Assembly: GCF_006345805.1 (NCBI RefSeq)
Contig: NC_043005.1
Coordinates: 48,856,001-48,920,000, forward strand
Direction of reading: 5' to 3'
Length of the DNA stretch: 64,000 bases
DNA from: Octopus sinensis
Lineage: Eukaryota
Shown here in pieces: positions 38,381 through 53,359 of the stretch. The position numbers and the translations under genes were made by a program. The first letter of the stretch is position 1. Every line of letters starts with the position of its first letter. The notes under the pieces are model-generated. The model made no database searches and was not told the origin of the DNA. It worked only from the letters and a program-made list of their open reading frames with translations.

Positions 38381-38451
38381 GAAGTTATGTGATGTATAAC
38401 ACTGAATTATGTGATGTATAACACTGAAGTTATGTGATGTATAACACTGAA
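38381..38451. repeat. Minisatellite, 3 x ~23 bp (gaagttatgtgatgtataacact)
   Basis: Directly visible. Confidence 0.9.
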
Positions 38452-39295
38452 TAGATAGATAGAGAGAGATAGCTAGATAGAGAGATAGACAGATAGATAG
38501 ACAGATTGATTGATTGCTGATATTTGTCAACATGAAACCTCAGGTTTCAGAAGTTAATATAAATTCTATTAAAAGGAATTAGCCAATAATGATAAACCTA
38601 TGTGGGAGCCCTTGTATGATCATACAACTTGCTAGGTGTCCTACTATACCTGACAAATATCTTTAAATAGTACTCTACAGTCTGAATAACAAAAAAGGGA
38701 CACATTAGATAACATGAGCCTATATATACTATGGCATGTTTAAATAAAAGGCAGGATGGCCCCACAACAAAACTGAGTCACATAGAAACCTCATTGAGGT
38801 TGCACAACATTTTAGAAATCTGAAAATAGCATGATAGATTAACCATCCCCAGTTCAATCACTACATTTTAAAGAAAAGAATTAACACAGTCAATAACATG
38901 CTCCTAAATAAATACTATGTCTCAGAAAGAAATAAGGAAAGATTACTGCTGGAAAAGAGCACAGACATTATATGTTTGAATTGTGACACTGATCTATTGT
39001 TGGTCTTATGTGACAATTTGGCAAAGAGGGCCACTTAATTTAGTTCATTTCTGCCAATCTTAATATGGCAGCAGCTGCTTCCTACTATAAACAGGGTTCT
39101 GTATTAAGAAGATTCTTTTTAAGAGGTTTCTGCTTATGTCATTATTACTTATTAATGTACACTTATACATAGGTATTATAAAGTATAGTATAAAATATGG
39201 ACACAGAGAAGCATGCCGCTATCACAGTATGCTCCTCGTTCAGACCTGGTTACCAGTCTATCTTCACCTTTTACATCTCCTGACTTTATGTTTCA

Positions 39296-39334
<39 letters not shown>

Positions 39335-39680
39335 AAATATAAATATATATACACACACACACACAATCATATATATATATATATACACACTCATGCATGC
39401 ATTTATGAATCTGTTTGCATATGAGTATATACATATGTATGTGTGTGCATGTTGATAATGGTATTTGTGACATAAAAGAACACATGTAAATTTTCTTTTT
39501 TTTCTAGTTGAAATATTAATTTTTTCCAGATCAGTAAATATATTTCTGATGATGTGGGCAATGATAGCAAATAATTTCATTAAGTTAAGCATTATATTAT
39601 GTATGTATGTGTATGTGTATGTATTTATATATATATATATAATATATATATACATACATATATATATATATAATATATAT

Positions 39681-39726
<46 letters not shown>

Positions 39727-39732
<6 letters not shown>

Positions 39733-39946
39733 CGTTATATAATTAGGGTTCAGTAAAATAATTTACCTTACCACACACTGAAACTTTTAGAAATAGCAGT
39801 CAAAACTTTTGAATAAACACTATCTGGGAGACTTTTCTTATAGTAGAAGAAATAGCAGTCAAAACTTTTTGACTGCTATTATCTAAAAGTTTCAGTGTGT
39901 GGTAAAGTAAATTATTTTACTGAACCCTAATTATATAACGTAATAT
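39727..39946. repeat. Fold-back with ~79-bp arms, related to the 14493 palindrome
   Basis: 39727-39805 is inverted relative to 39867-39946. It shares aaatagcagtcaaaa and ttagggt motifs with 14493-14763. Confidence 0.88.
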
Positions 39947-40689
39947 TTTAAATATACCTTGAATGGTCCTTTTACATACTGAACACTACTTGGTGAAATT
40001 AATTAATGGTTAATTGAATTTACCCTTTTATTATTGATATATATATATATATATATTATAGATACAAGACAGGGCATAAATGATATACATAATGATCATT
40101 GCATATTTTCTTTATTGTAGTCAATTTGGCTTACATATGTTATTGATAGGTTTATTCAATCGGTCCATTGATCAGCGTCATAATATATATATATATATAT
40201 ATACATACACACCCATCAGTATTCTGTTGACATCAATCGGTATTTTAGTTGTATAATACGAAATACTATATAGAATCACTAATGAGCTACTACTACCTGT
40301 ATAGTTTCAAGTATTCTTTAATTATCAATAGATGGGGGTGGCTTTAAATTAGCAACCTTCATATATATCATACTACTATTGAAAGTAAATATAATAAATG
40401 AAATATAATTAAATATATCGTTAGCACTTGTATCACCATCATCATCTTCATCTTCGACATCTCATCTTTATTACTATCTCCTTTATCATTATGGCAATTA
40501 TGATCATCTTGATTGTTGTTAACCAATGTCATCATCGTTTTCACCCTCATTGTCATCATCCTTACTGCCAGCATATTAAAATAGACACTGATATAACTTG
40601 GATGGGCCTGTTATTATAGCATATGGCTTTTCATCGCTAATCACTCATTACTTGTCACTCATCACTCATCATCCTTTTGTCATAGCAGC

Positions 40690-41300
40690 CACAAGGTTCA
40701 TTTCCTTCCATTGTTTACCTTAGTCTTCCTTTACTTCCACTGTCAGCATGCATAATAAGACACTTTTTCCACTGAAAACTCAACATTCATTTGCAACACA
40801 TGTCCATAATACCACAATAGACTCAAATCAGCCCCAGGCCTTTTAATATCCAGCCACTTTCTCTGCTCAATTGTGCTCCATCTTTCATACAATATTTAAC
40901 ATTATATATCAAATATATCATACTCAACTCATTTCTGACCAGCTTCTGCAAACTAATATTTGGCTTAATGCCACTACCTAAGCTTGGATGTCTTTTGCAG
41001 AGTCCACTCTGTTGCAGGCATTCTTGCCAGGGTCTCCGGTTTAAGGATAACTTTCTTCCTTCCTCCCACCAGTTTTAGAGGGCCTAAAAAAAATCCAAAG
41101 TATCAAAGGCACAGACCATCCCTCTCTGACTAAACAATTAAAAATGCCCTCTGAATTCCATGTCCCTCTCTTACTTATCATGTCACATCTTACCCCCTAC
41201 ATGTGTTTCAAATAGCCTGCCCTTCACAAAGAGCATTAACAATTCCCTAAATCCTTTTCTAACTCCAGGTTTTGCTATAACCACCACTAGCACTGATTAG
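40690..41300 (-). mobile_element. Decayed RTE-clade LINE fragment
   Basis: Minus-strand remnants LISASGGY, FRELL..VKGRLFETHV and LLWYYGHVLQM occur in the order expected for the RTE ORF C-terminus. Confidence 0.6.
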
Positions 41301-42449
41301 GCAGACTAATTAGTTCTCTTTGGAAGCACATTTAATGAACTGTCAGAGCAGTGCATGAACTTCTCTTTGTGGTTAACTCTAATGCTTACGACTTGTGTTA
41401 CTATATCAAAAATCAAAAGTCTGCCAGAGATCCCGTTCCATCTGCTCCTTTCCTGCATATTCAGCAAGGCCAATAAAATTAAATGCATATTCTACTCTAG
41501 TAGTATAAAGAATAATCTTATGGTAAAACACCAAGTCCACAAACCAATTTAACTTGAGCTAACGAGGCAGCAGCCCTTTGTATATAGTCACCCAACCTGC
41601 TAGAAAAAAGCAGCCAAATCTCCCTAAATTTTAAAGAAAATGTGGGACACATTGGATAATGTAATTTAAAATGGACTATATTTGGAAAAACAGGATGATT
41701 ATTGCTGGAATGTCATGATCGTAGGTCTGTTCAACCAGGCTTAATTTGGGGCTATACTACAACAACCAATTTCAATTGTCATTTAAAAACATTTCACCTG
41801 ACTCATGTTGCACTAATGCCCTAGCAGGGAAATGTATGAACAACTCCCTGTGTTTTGTCCCTGTTTCTATATTTCACAGATATGTACAGACCTTATGTGT
41901 ATCCAAAAGACATCCGTACCTTCTACTACAGTGATAATTATTAAACATTTCTTTAAACATTATATTTAATATTACTTAGATATTTTGTTAATTTTTTTTT
42001 TTTTTTGGTCACTTTCCTTTCAAATTCCCAGAATTTTCATGTTCCCATCAATATTGTTCATTTTCACATCCGCATCAATATTGTTAATGTTAATAGAATA
42101 AAGTTTTCTTCTTTTCTTTTAATGATGGCATAAATTTTGGTGTGTTTTCTTGCTGGTTCTCTCACTTGACAAAAATGGCAACATTTTGTATATTCTTGTG
42201 TAAACATGCAATCATCCACAGATGGAACATAGAATGCTGGTTGTGAGGTTCATTTATTATATTTAGAAAGTAACTATTCTTACCATCATTGTTACCTGTA
42301 ATTTTTGAATTTCAATAAATATGAAAATTCAAATGGTAAATCCAAGACTTGTAGAGTGATGTAGGGATAGTAAAGATGGCAATGTCTGATAGAGCTTCAG
42401 ATTAAATACTGTATTTAATCTTAATCTTTATTATATTATATTGTCTTAA

Positions 42450-42660
42450 GGTAGAGAGCTGGCATTGGTAAAAAACTTCTTGGTGACATTTCTTCTGCCT
42501 CTTTAAATTCTGAGTTCAAATCCCACTGCAGTCAACTTTGCTTTCCATCCTTTCAGGTCAATAAAATAAGTACAAATGAAGTACTGGGAGGAGGATGGGA
42601 TGTAATTAACTCACCCTGCTCTCCTCAGATTTACTGGCCTTATGCCAAAATTAGAGAGAA
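42450..42660 (+). mobile_element. SINE family B
   Basis: ttctgagttcaaatccc..gtcaactttgctttccatcctttcagg. Confidence 0.75.
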
Positions 42661-42996
42661 TTATATGATACTGTCTTCAAATCTCAATTTCGGCTTTCAT
42701 CAGTTGGGAGTATCTAAAAGAAAATTACCACTAAGATACAATGATCTAAACAATAGACTAGATTCCTTCTCTATGAAGATTTACCTCTTTGCCCATTTAG
42801 GAAAATCATTTGCATTTAGTTGAAATAACTGAAATGTGTTGTGTTCTAAACTAAACACATTACAACTGTAAATGTCATTCACAAATTTGTGTTCATATAA
42901 CACCATGGTTTACAGGGGTCAAGTTGAATTTTATACTAAATTAAGAAAAATTCTAACCATTTTGAAATTTTATAATTTTATAAATTTTTTTAATCA

Positions 42997-43168
42997 AGGT
43001 GCAGGCATGGCTGTGTGGTAAGAAACTTGCTTCTCAACCACTTGGTTCTGGGTTCAGTCCCACAATATAGAACCTTGGGCAAGTGTCTTCTACTATAGCC
43101 TCAGACTGACAAAGCCTTGTAACTGGATTTAGTAGACGGAAACTGAAAGCCTGTCATATGTATATTTA

Positions 43169-43205
<37 letters not shown>

Positions 43206-43420
43206 GTTTTGTGTCTGTGCTTGTCTTCCTCTACCACTTGATGGCCAGTGTTGGTGTGTGTACGGCTCCATAACATAGCAGTTTGGCAAAAATGACCAAT
43301 AGAATATGTATTAGCCTTTAAAAAAATAAGTACTGTGGTTGATTTGTTTGAATAAAATTCTTCAAGGTGGTGCTCCAGCATTGCCACAGTCTGATGACTA
43401 AAACAAGAAAAGGATAAAAG
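42997..43420 (+). mobile_element. SINE family A
   Basis: Collinear with 19062-19550. Confidence 0.88.
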
Positions 43421-43971
43421 GTGAAAAAGATGGAAAGGCAAAGCTCATCGCATACTTGTGCAGATAACATCCATTTTAAATTAAAGCATGTTTTGATTAG
43501 ATACTAAGAAGAAAAAAAAAATCTACCAGAAAAGTGCCAGATCTTCATGGTGATGAGTGGATGAAGTAATGAGCAAAATGTAATTGATTTGTGTGAGGGT
43601 TCAAAACATTTATAAGAGATAAAAACAAAGTCTTTTGCATATTTTCTCATTTTCCCAACTCAGTTAAGTTATTTCACATTACAAGACATTGAAGATATCT
43701 TTATGGCTGGATCACCAGACTCCTGAAATATAAAACTGTATGGTCAAACAATGTTTTATAATTGACTAAATAGTTTATGGTTGTTTGCTTATTAACTCAC
43801 TTCTGTAGTCTCAGAAATCTGTAAAACAAAATAGCCATAACAATACAAGCATCTCAAATACTCGACAAGTAATAGCATTCGAGGGGTCAATCATGTTTGG
43901 TTGTTGGTTTCCACAAACTCAGAATATTCAGATTAGTGTTTAGTTATATTAATATTTCTTGTAAAGCATGA

Positions 43972-44400
43972 AGCAGCAAGCTGGCAAAATGCCAAACTCT
44001 ATGTCATCCATTTTTATGTTCTGATTTCAAATTCCACTGGGGATGACTCTGCCTTTCATCCGTTCACGATCGAAAAAAACAAGTACCAGTTGAGCACTAG
44101 GATTGATTTAATTAACTGAGCTTCTCCCTCCAAAACTGCTGGCTTTGTGCCAAAATTTGGAACCAATATTATTTGTAAAGCATAGGGCAGTGAACTAGCA
44201 AAATTGTTTACACACCCATCAAAATGCTCAGTGGCATTTCATCTGTCTTTGTGTTCTGAGTTCAAATTCCACCAAGGTTGACTTTGCCTCTCATCCTTTC
44301 GGGGTCAACAACATAGGTACCTGTTGAACACTGGAGGTGATGTAATTGATTTACCCCTCCCCCAAAATGGCTGGCCTTGTGCCAAAATTTGAAACTAATA
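43972..44400 (+). mobile_element. Two tandem SINE family B copies
   Basis: Two family cores, with the motif aatatt..ttgtaaagc before, between and after them. Confidence 0.85.
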
Positions 44401-46110
44401 TTGCTTGTAAAGCTTGGAAGTATATCTGGTTTAAATCATTAGTAGCATATCTTTTATCCTTATATTACTTTTAACTGACTTGTCATGGCTAAGTCTAGAC
44501 CCTGCCATCAACTGACCATTACTTATCCCTGGGTATATTTGAATCACCAAGGTTTTAGAAATTGTTAATGAGAGCTTTTGTTGAAAAAACAAAAATCATC
44601 ATGGGTATTAACTGTTTGATAAACACTTACCTGAGATTGATCTTGGTTCTTTCATTATAAAATGGTTCATTTTAAAATGTTTATGAATATGAAATTTCCG
44701 ATGTAACTATATGTATGAACATTTTCATATGTTCTGAATACCATTTGGTTATAGAAATATATATATAGAAGTTAATTATTTGACTAAATCCCTCCAATTT
44801 CTTGGTAATTTTCAAAATGAATGAAAACAGCACAAGTAGGATATTTCATTAGAAAATGAAATAATTCATTAGAAAATTATGTCATTTTGGGAGGACTTTA
44901 GCTGATTCGCATCTTCAAGATCTGCTGCAAATGCTACAAATATATCCTGGAATGATAGATGTACATCAAATTGCGTGTTTTATTTATTTTCTCAGACAGA
45001 TTGTCCAGACTTTCAGAATGAAATATTTTATTTAGAGAGCTGATAAGCAAAATGAGATGTGATATATCATTCAAGAAGAATGGCCAATCTGACTAATATA
45101 CAATTAATGAATTGTTCTCAGAATCTTCATCAGTATGAGCCATTTCCAATGCACTTGGCTCATTACCAAAACATATGGTTTGTGCTGTGGATGAAGAATA
45201 GGTCAGATTTTGAAAACAATAAAAACAGATAAGCAAGATTAAAATATAAGTAGCAAAAGAATTCTTTAATCTAGCAAAAGTGGAAAATAAAAATATATAA
45301 TTAGATATTTTTAGGAAATGTGTACAATATTTCTAAGTTATAAAACAAAACTTTAACCAAATTCACATACAGATGACCACACAATAATTTACTAACAGGT
45401 TAGCACAAAAGCCAAGATACAATCTACATAGCTTGTTGTAGTTGTTGTTAATGGTGGTGACAGTGTTGTTGTTGTTAAGTAGCCTCGTGCCGCTCAGCCA
45501 GAACAGAACTACAGGAAAGAAAAACCCAATAGAATAAATTTCCCAGTCAGCTTTCTACTTGTGGTCATCCTGCTTTTAGTGCGGCTCTAATGTCAGGTGA
45601 CTCAAAATAAGTGCTTCTCTTGTTAACCTGCATGTTGTAAATATCAACATTTACAATAAATATCTGTTTAAAATTGTGAAGATACAGCTATCCACAATAG
45701 CTTTTGTAATACATGATGACCTCGTGGTTAACTTCCTGCTGAAGATTTCAACAAACTAACATAGCAATCACTGTGATTCTTCCTTGGGTATTCTTGAAGA
45801 ATGATGAATTGCTGGTGCAACGGAAATAACAGTATCACAATGCACACAAACAATAATCAAACTGTTATTACTATATAAAATGATAAGAAAAGATTTTCTG
45901 CTAATTTAACAGTTAAAATTTCTGTCATTTTTTAAATTTTTTATTTGATATAGAGGAGTCTCTGCTTATGGCCTGTGCAGTCTCTCCTTGGCTACAAGTC
46001 AACAGCTGTAGGAAAAGTGTAGAAAGGGAACAACTTCCAGAGGGATAAGGCTCAGGGGAGGATGTTAATGCATTACACAAAAGCAAAAATATATATTATT
46101 GTGTTAGTGA

Positions 46111-46465
46111 AGGTGCATGGCTTAGTGGTTAGAGCATCAGGATCACAACCATGAGGTAGTGAGTTCGATTCCTGGGCCGAGCTGTGTGTTGTGTTCTTGA
46201 GCAAGGCACCTTATTTCACGTTGCTCCAGTTCACTCAGCTGTAGAAATGAGTTGCGACATCACAGGTGCCAAGCTGTATTGGCCTTTGCCTTTCCCTCGG
46301 ATAACATTGGTGGCATGGAGAGGGGAGGCTGATATACATGGCTGACTACTGGCCTTACACAAACACCCTTGCCCAGACTTGTGTCTTGGAGGGGAATTTT
46401 CTAGGTGCAATCCCATGATCATTCATGACTGAAGGAGGCCTTCACCCTTTACCCTTACCCTTTAC
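46111..46465 (+). mobile_element. tRNA-derived SINE family C
   Basis: Box A TGGCTTAGTGG 46118-46128, box B GAGTTCGATTCC 46161-46172, a CORE-like ttgagcaaggcacctta segment and a (TTACCC)n-like tail. Confidence 0.8.
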
Positions 46466-48113
46466 TACATTCAATAATATACTTAAATGTTTCACCCTAT
46501 GTGCTGAGTTCAATTTACTGCAGGGCTAGATGAATAAGTCATAAACCAGTATTACAACTAGATGTTATTCAACTATCTATCTTCTCACCCACACATTGGC
46601 TGTTCTTATACTTCTTTAATAGAATCTGGTACACTGAAAGAAAAAAATTGCTGTAGCTGTTATCCCATAATCATTCTGATTATGGGATGGCTTGAATTTG
46701 TCCTCAGAAAATCAAACAAACCAAAGTAGAAGAGCTATTAAGAACAACATCTTTTTATTGATATCCACATTACCAATCTTATCTTTATTTCACATTTATT
46801 TTTCAGTATTAACTTTAATTAATTTTATTTCATTTTAATGTAAGGTGGTGAAAGGTAGAATCAGTAGAAGTCCTGGAAAAAATACCTTGTAGTATAGAGC
46901 TACATATCTTTAGATTCTGAGTTCAAATTCTTCCTCTTTTGATTTGATATTTTTGTTTTTGTTTTTGTGTTTTTCAATGTTCCAAAGTCAATAAAATTAC
47001 ATATCATTCATACTCTAAGGGTGAAGTTAATTTAATCAATTCCCCCAAACACAAAAATTTCATGGCCTAGCACCTTATGTAAGAAATCCTTATTTAATTT
47101 CATTAATACATGGATTTTTATTTATTAGGCCCCATCCATCAAAACACACACACACACACACATATATATACACATACGTACTTCTATTTAATATCTTTAA
47201 ATTCTATACTTCTCAAAATGATCAATTCTGTTTTGTATTTTAGAATTTGTTTGGTCTCATTTATTAGTTCTTTTGGTGAGACAACAACACGGGGAAGGGC
47301 GAGAAAATTCTTCAAACAAACACCAAGTCATTATAAAGAGTAAAAGGTTTTTTTTTTTGTTTTTTTTTTTTTTACCTCTGTGGTGTGTTGATTGTCACAA
47401 CTCTATGTACCGGTGATATGTAAAGTTTGATATGAGATCATAACTTTCACTGGCTATTAGCCACACCCATTGGTTGTTTATTAAAGACTATGAAGCTCAC
47501 AATAAATAAGGACTTGTCACTGACCATTATTATTCTCAATTATTTATTAGCGCTGCTCATCTATACACCAGATCGTTTAGACAGATCGCCAGCATAAAAC
47601 GATAACAATGATTGAAATAATGATAATATGTGCTGGAAGTGGGTTGGGCGAATAAAGAATGGGGGTGGTATTCTTCTCTGCCACCCATTCACCCCCCCCT
47701 ACCTTACAAAACAAAACAAGAGAAAACAACAATAAAAGAAACAAAAATGGAAAAGCATAAAAAAGAAAAGAAAAAAAAACGGATCTCGTTTTCATCTCTC
47801 TTATTTCTTTCATTCCCTCAAAGACTTTTTAAACCATTCTTTCATTGTAGTTCTTCATCAACAATATACTTTCTGTTAATATTATTTATAAACTAAATTC
47901 TGTTACAAACAAACATACGAAGAAAAAGAAAAAAAAGCAAAGGAAGTACATACTATTTTGTCCCCTCACCCCATTTTTTTTTCCATCTTTTACCCCACTT
48001 CCATACATTATTTTCAATTCCATTTGCATGCTATATGTGTCATCTTCAAAATTTTGAACGAGACTAGATTTGTCAAAAATATACATGCATACATTTGTAT
48101 ATATATATATATC

Positions 48114-48179
<66 letters not shown>

Positions 48180-48412
48180 TATGTGTATATGTGTGTGTTT
48201 GTATGTATGTGCATGTTTGTATGTATGTATATAGGTATGCATATTTCATATCTTCATATATATATATATACATTATATATGTATATGTATGTAGTATAAT
48301 ATATATATATATATTATTATAATATATATATATGATTATATATATACAAATATATATATGTGTATATCAACTATATATATGTTACATATACAATTCATTT
48401 ATATCTATGTAA

Positions 48413-48472
<60 letters not shown>

Positions 48473-48585
48473 CTATATGTGTGTGTGTGTATATATAAGT
48501 GTGAGTTGCTGTATATATATATGTTTATATATATATAAAGATATATGCATATATATATAAGATATATATATATGTATATGTATAT

Positions 48586-48618
<33 letters not shown>

Positions 48619-48693
48619 AGTAGGTATATATGTGCATATATATATATATAAGTATGTATATTGTGCATATATATATGTTATACATTATTTATG

Positions 48694-48751
<58 letters not shown>

Positions 48752-49286
48752 TATGTATATATAGGGAACTCGCAGAAAAATCCTTCCACTGTGATGTAAA
48801 ATTCTTTTCGCACAATTGTGAGTTAATTATATTTGACATTTGGAGACTGTATGAAGCTGTGAAGCTACGCTATGTGGTTGGATGAAGTGGTGTTCAGATA
48901 TTCCCCTCCATATGGAAGCTCTGATTTGAGTTTGTTTTTGTTTTTTTGTTGTTTTTTTGTTGTTTTTTTTTTTCACTCTGAGATAAATACTAAATCAATG
49001 GAAAATTTTAATCAACTTTACAAAAAGTTTAAGAATTGAGGTACAATTTCTACTTTGAATCCATCAAAAAAAATTAAATTAAGACTAACTGTTATGAAAT
49101 TTATATCGTATTCTCAAAACATATACTTTTCTTTCTTTGCACATTATGATTATAAAAAAAATCATACTTAGGACATGGACACATATTATGAATGTATGTA
49201 TATTGATACATATATGCATATATATAATATATATATATATATATAGAATATATATATATATATATATATGCATATATGCATACAAT

Positions 49287-49327
<41 letters not shown>

Positions 49328-49720
49328 CATATATGTATAACAGCAGTAAAAACCATGCAAATACACATACAAAAGCCTTGTACTTGGCCAGCCCCTGTCA
49401 CACCGTAAACCCATGCCAGCATGGAAGACGGATGTTAAATGATGATGATTATAATATATATATTATATATATATATATATTATGTATGTATGTATTATAT
49501 GTATATATATGGATATATACATATATAACCATATATATATTATATTTTATATATTTATATAATATATATATATATATTATATAAATTATATATATATATA
49601 AAGGCGAAAGTATGGTGGGTTAATTTCCCTCTTTCCATATATATTCAACCACATGTAAATACCTGCTTTCTATATTTATATATACATATATATCTTTATA
49701 TATATATATATCTTTATATT

Positions 49721-49751
<31 letters not shown>

Positions 49752-50314
49752 TTAGTGGTATGTGTTTTGCATATTATGTACAAATATGTATGCATGGTCC
49801 ACTTTTGGAGTCTTAGTATACATAGGTGTGTGTGTGTGTGTGTTCCACTTACAAAATCTTAGTTCAGTTTCGATGTATTTAGATTTACATACATAGATTG
49901 GAGATACAACCAATCAAATTTAAAACTAACAACACAGATGCTAAACCAGAGAAGAATTTATTTACAAAAGCAATAAAAGGAAAAAAAAAATAATCAATTG
50001 AATTGTTTCTCTCTCTCTCTTATCCTCTCTCTCTCTTCTCTCTTTCTTTTTTTCACTGTCACACACTAGAGACATTTTTTCACCATACTCACACACATTC
50101 ATTTATCTATATGTGTATATATTTATATATGTCTGTGTGTGTGAACATGTGTATATATGTATATATGTATGTATAAGAAGAGAGAGCAAGAAGGAGGGAG
50201 AACAAAAAGGATATAGAGTGAAATAATAAACTCATTAATCATATACTCACATGTATGTGTGTATGTATGTGTGTTTATATATATATATTATATATATATA
50301 TTTATATATTGTGT

Positions 50315-50379
<65 letters not shown>

Positions 50380-50584
50380 CACACATATATATCATCCATG
50401 TATATATGCATATGCATATATATATACATTCATGCATAAATATTTCATTAGAATTCACTTGAATCTCAATTACTTAAACTGTATATATATGTATATGTAT
50501 GTATATGTATATAAGTATTCATGTATATGTATATATATGTTATTTTGCATATATATATATACAAATATATATACACATATATGC

Positions 50585-50627
<43 letters not shown>

Positions 50628-52643
50628 GTATATAAGTTTGCATACAGACACGCAAACACACACATACACATACGTACACACATGCATGAACACACACATA
50701 GATACACACACTGACCCAAACATTCTGGAGTATTTATTTCAGGGTGAAAAAAAAATATCTTGTGATGCCTGCCACGGTGCTGGGGGGTTATCGTTTATGT
50801 TCTTACTGTCTCTGCTGTATTTTTTACAAAGGTCTACCTCATTGATAGATTTATGCAAATAAAAGCAAAAGAAAAAAAAAAACTTAAAAAAACAACATAA
50901 ATGAAAATTTATCATTTTCACTCTCTCTTTCTCCCTACCCTTCTCTCTCTCCCTCTCTCTCCCTCTCTCTCTCCCCCTCTCTCTCTATTTCTTTCAATCA
51001 TTGCTCTTTTTACTTTCTCCTTTAAAAAAAGGGGAGAAAAAAAAGAAAGACATGATGATGGTGTGTGAGTGTGTTTGTATGTGTGTGTGTGGAGGGGGGG
51101 GGTATTGGCTGGTGATGGTGTTCATGATGCCGGGGTGGGTGGGGTGAAAGTGTTGGTGCTCATAATGATATTGATGATGCTGATGGTGAGGTGATGATGG
51201 GGAAAATTAAGACGATGCTAATAATGTTGATAACTGATGATGACAATGATGATGCTATTGATGATGATGATGATGATATCAAAGAAGATGGCTACAAAAT
51301 CTGACGATAGTGACAATGACAACAGCTGTTCAAAATGAATTCTGATGATGGCAATGATTAAAATAATGATGATGATGATGATATGATGATGTTCGATGGT
51401 GGTGACAGTAATAGCAACACCACTGATAATGACAAGGATAATGGTAATAGCAGTGGAGGTGATGACAGTAGTGGTCAAGGTACTCATGACCATGATGGTG
51501 GTGGTGGTGGTGATGGTGGTGGTGAGAGTGATGGTGGTGTGATTTGTATCTTTGGTGGCTTCAGTAATGAATTTCCTGCAAAGTGACACAGCTACCCAAT
51601 GTTTGGTTCAAACCCGATATCAAATTGCCTGCTTTTCATGGCAATGACTACCGCCACTACCACCACCACCACCACCACACAACAACAACAACAACAACAA
51701 CAACACCTCCACCACCGCCATTAGCACTACCAGCATCACAACAACTGCTATTTAAAATTCTTCACCTGGTTGTTTGTAGAACCACCCTTTAAAAAAACTT
51801 CATACCCAATTTATACCTAATTCAAAACCCACACTCGTTCATTTTTGTGACCATTTTCAAGTTTTTTCATTCACTCATAACATTGAATCATTCAAAAATC
51901 CTCACCTGTACTTTTAGTAACTTTTTCCCCAATGCCTTCATTTGCTTAAAACATCTCTTTAACCTGTTCATTTCATGACCATTTATTCAGACTTTTCTTT
52001 TTATTCATCCAAAATTCTCTCCTTTTCTTTCATATCATCTCTCATGGTGATCATTTGCTCACACGATACAAAATCCTCCTCTCATTCATAAACATCTTAT
52101 TCAATAGCAACATTTTTAACTGTACATTTCCTTCTGTCTTCCGCAATTGATTTGGTTGTACCGTTCTGATACTGATCCTTTCAGGGTCATTGGTAAAATT
52201 AAGCTCAAGTAAAATACTGAGCTTTATTTATATTCCTATAATAATGTATCCAAGATGTCAATGGAGTTATGATAGATGAATATGACGATTGTCTTGAGAA
52301 TACATTTGAAGGACACATTGGACAATATGCATGCAAAGAAATTTTTTTTTAAATGCGCTACTTGCTGCTGGAATCCCGTTCATTTCACCATCGGTCAGCT
52401 CACTCAGGGTTGTCCTGGTTGAATTGGCCTTGGGCTAAATAACAACAAATCTTCTATTTGGTACGGTGTCTTTTATATGTCTCTGTTACATTTGGGAAAG
52501 AACAGAACGATATCGAATTCCCGTCTCTTACCACTTTCCTCTCTATTTTGTCTTCTCTCTCCTCTCTCTCTCTCTCTCTCTCTTGTATAATATCAAGTCA
52601 GCAAACCTATATACAAAAGCAAATATCATTTTGTTGTTACCAT

Positions 52644-52674
<31 letters not shown>

Positions 52675-53327
52675 ATATACAAATTTATTTATTTGTACGT
52701 GTTTATTATGTGTGTGTTAGGTATGTGCAATTTTGTTCTTTAGTGTAAAGAGGAAAGAACCGCTGTGTAAGGTTAGCGCAGCGAATAAATGCTATATATA
52801 ATTAGAAGTATAACATTTCCGTATGCATGGATACAAGAATATATGGAGAATTGTATTTATTTTATTTATTTATCTATTTATTAATTTTTAATATGCTGCA
52901 AACATTCTGCAAGTAACGTTCGCTGATCATTTAACACAAGTTAAACACTACTTACTTCCCTTTAACGCTATATATATTTTTTTTTCCTTACAATGCTTAC
53001 TCCCCTTTATCTCTGCCTAATCAGTTTGCTATTTACTGTTCTGTTTTATTGTGGATGCAAGTCTGAGGATGTAAAAATTTGATGCAGAACAAGCTGACAT
53101 TTTACATCATAACATAATTATTTTCATTAGTCGAAGAAATTAACAGAAAACGATAGAATTCAAGATGATTTCAAAATAACGCTTTTATAAGCTTTCATAC
53201 TTTGCAGACACATACATTTACAAAGATACGTGTGGAATAAATGTATGAATACAGTTGCGGGTGTGTGTGCTTTTATGTATATATATATATACATATATAT
53301 AAATATATATATATATAATATAAATAT

Positions 53328-53359
<32 letters not shown>

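Noticed and set aside
38381-38451. CRISPR-like direct repeats
   Set aside because: Head-to-tail minisatellite with no spacers, in eukaryotic DNA.
46111-46185. Possible tRNA gene (also 6757-6825)
   Set aside because: A and B boxes are present but there is no proper acceptor stem, and each continues into a repeat body, so these are SINE heads.
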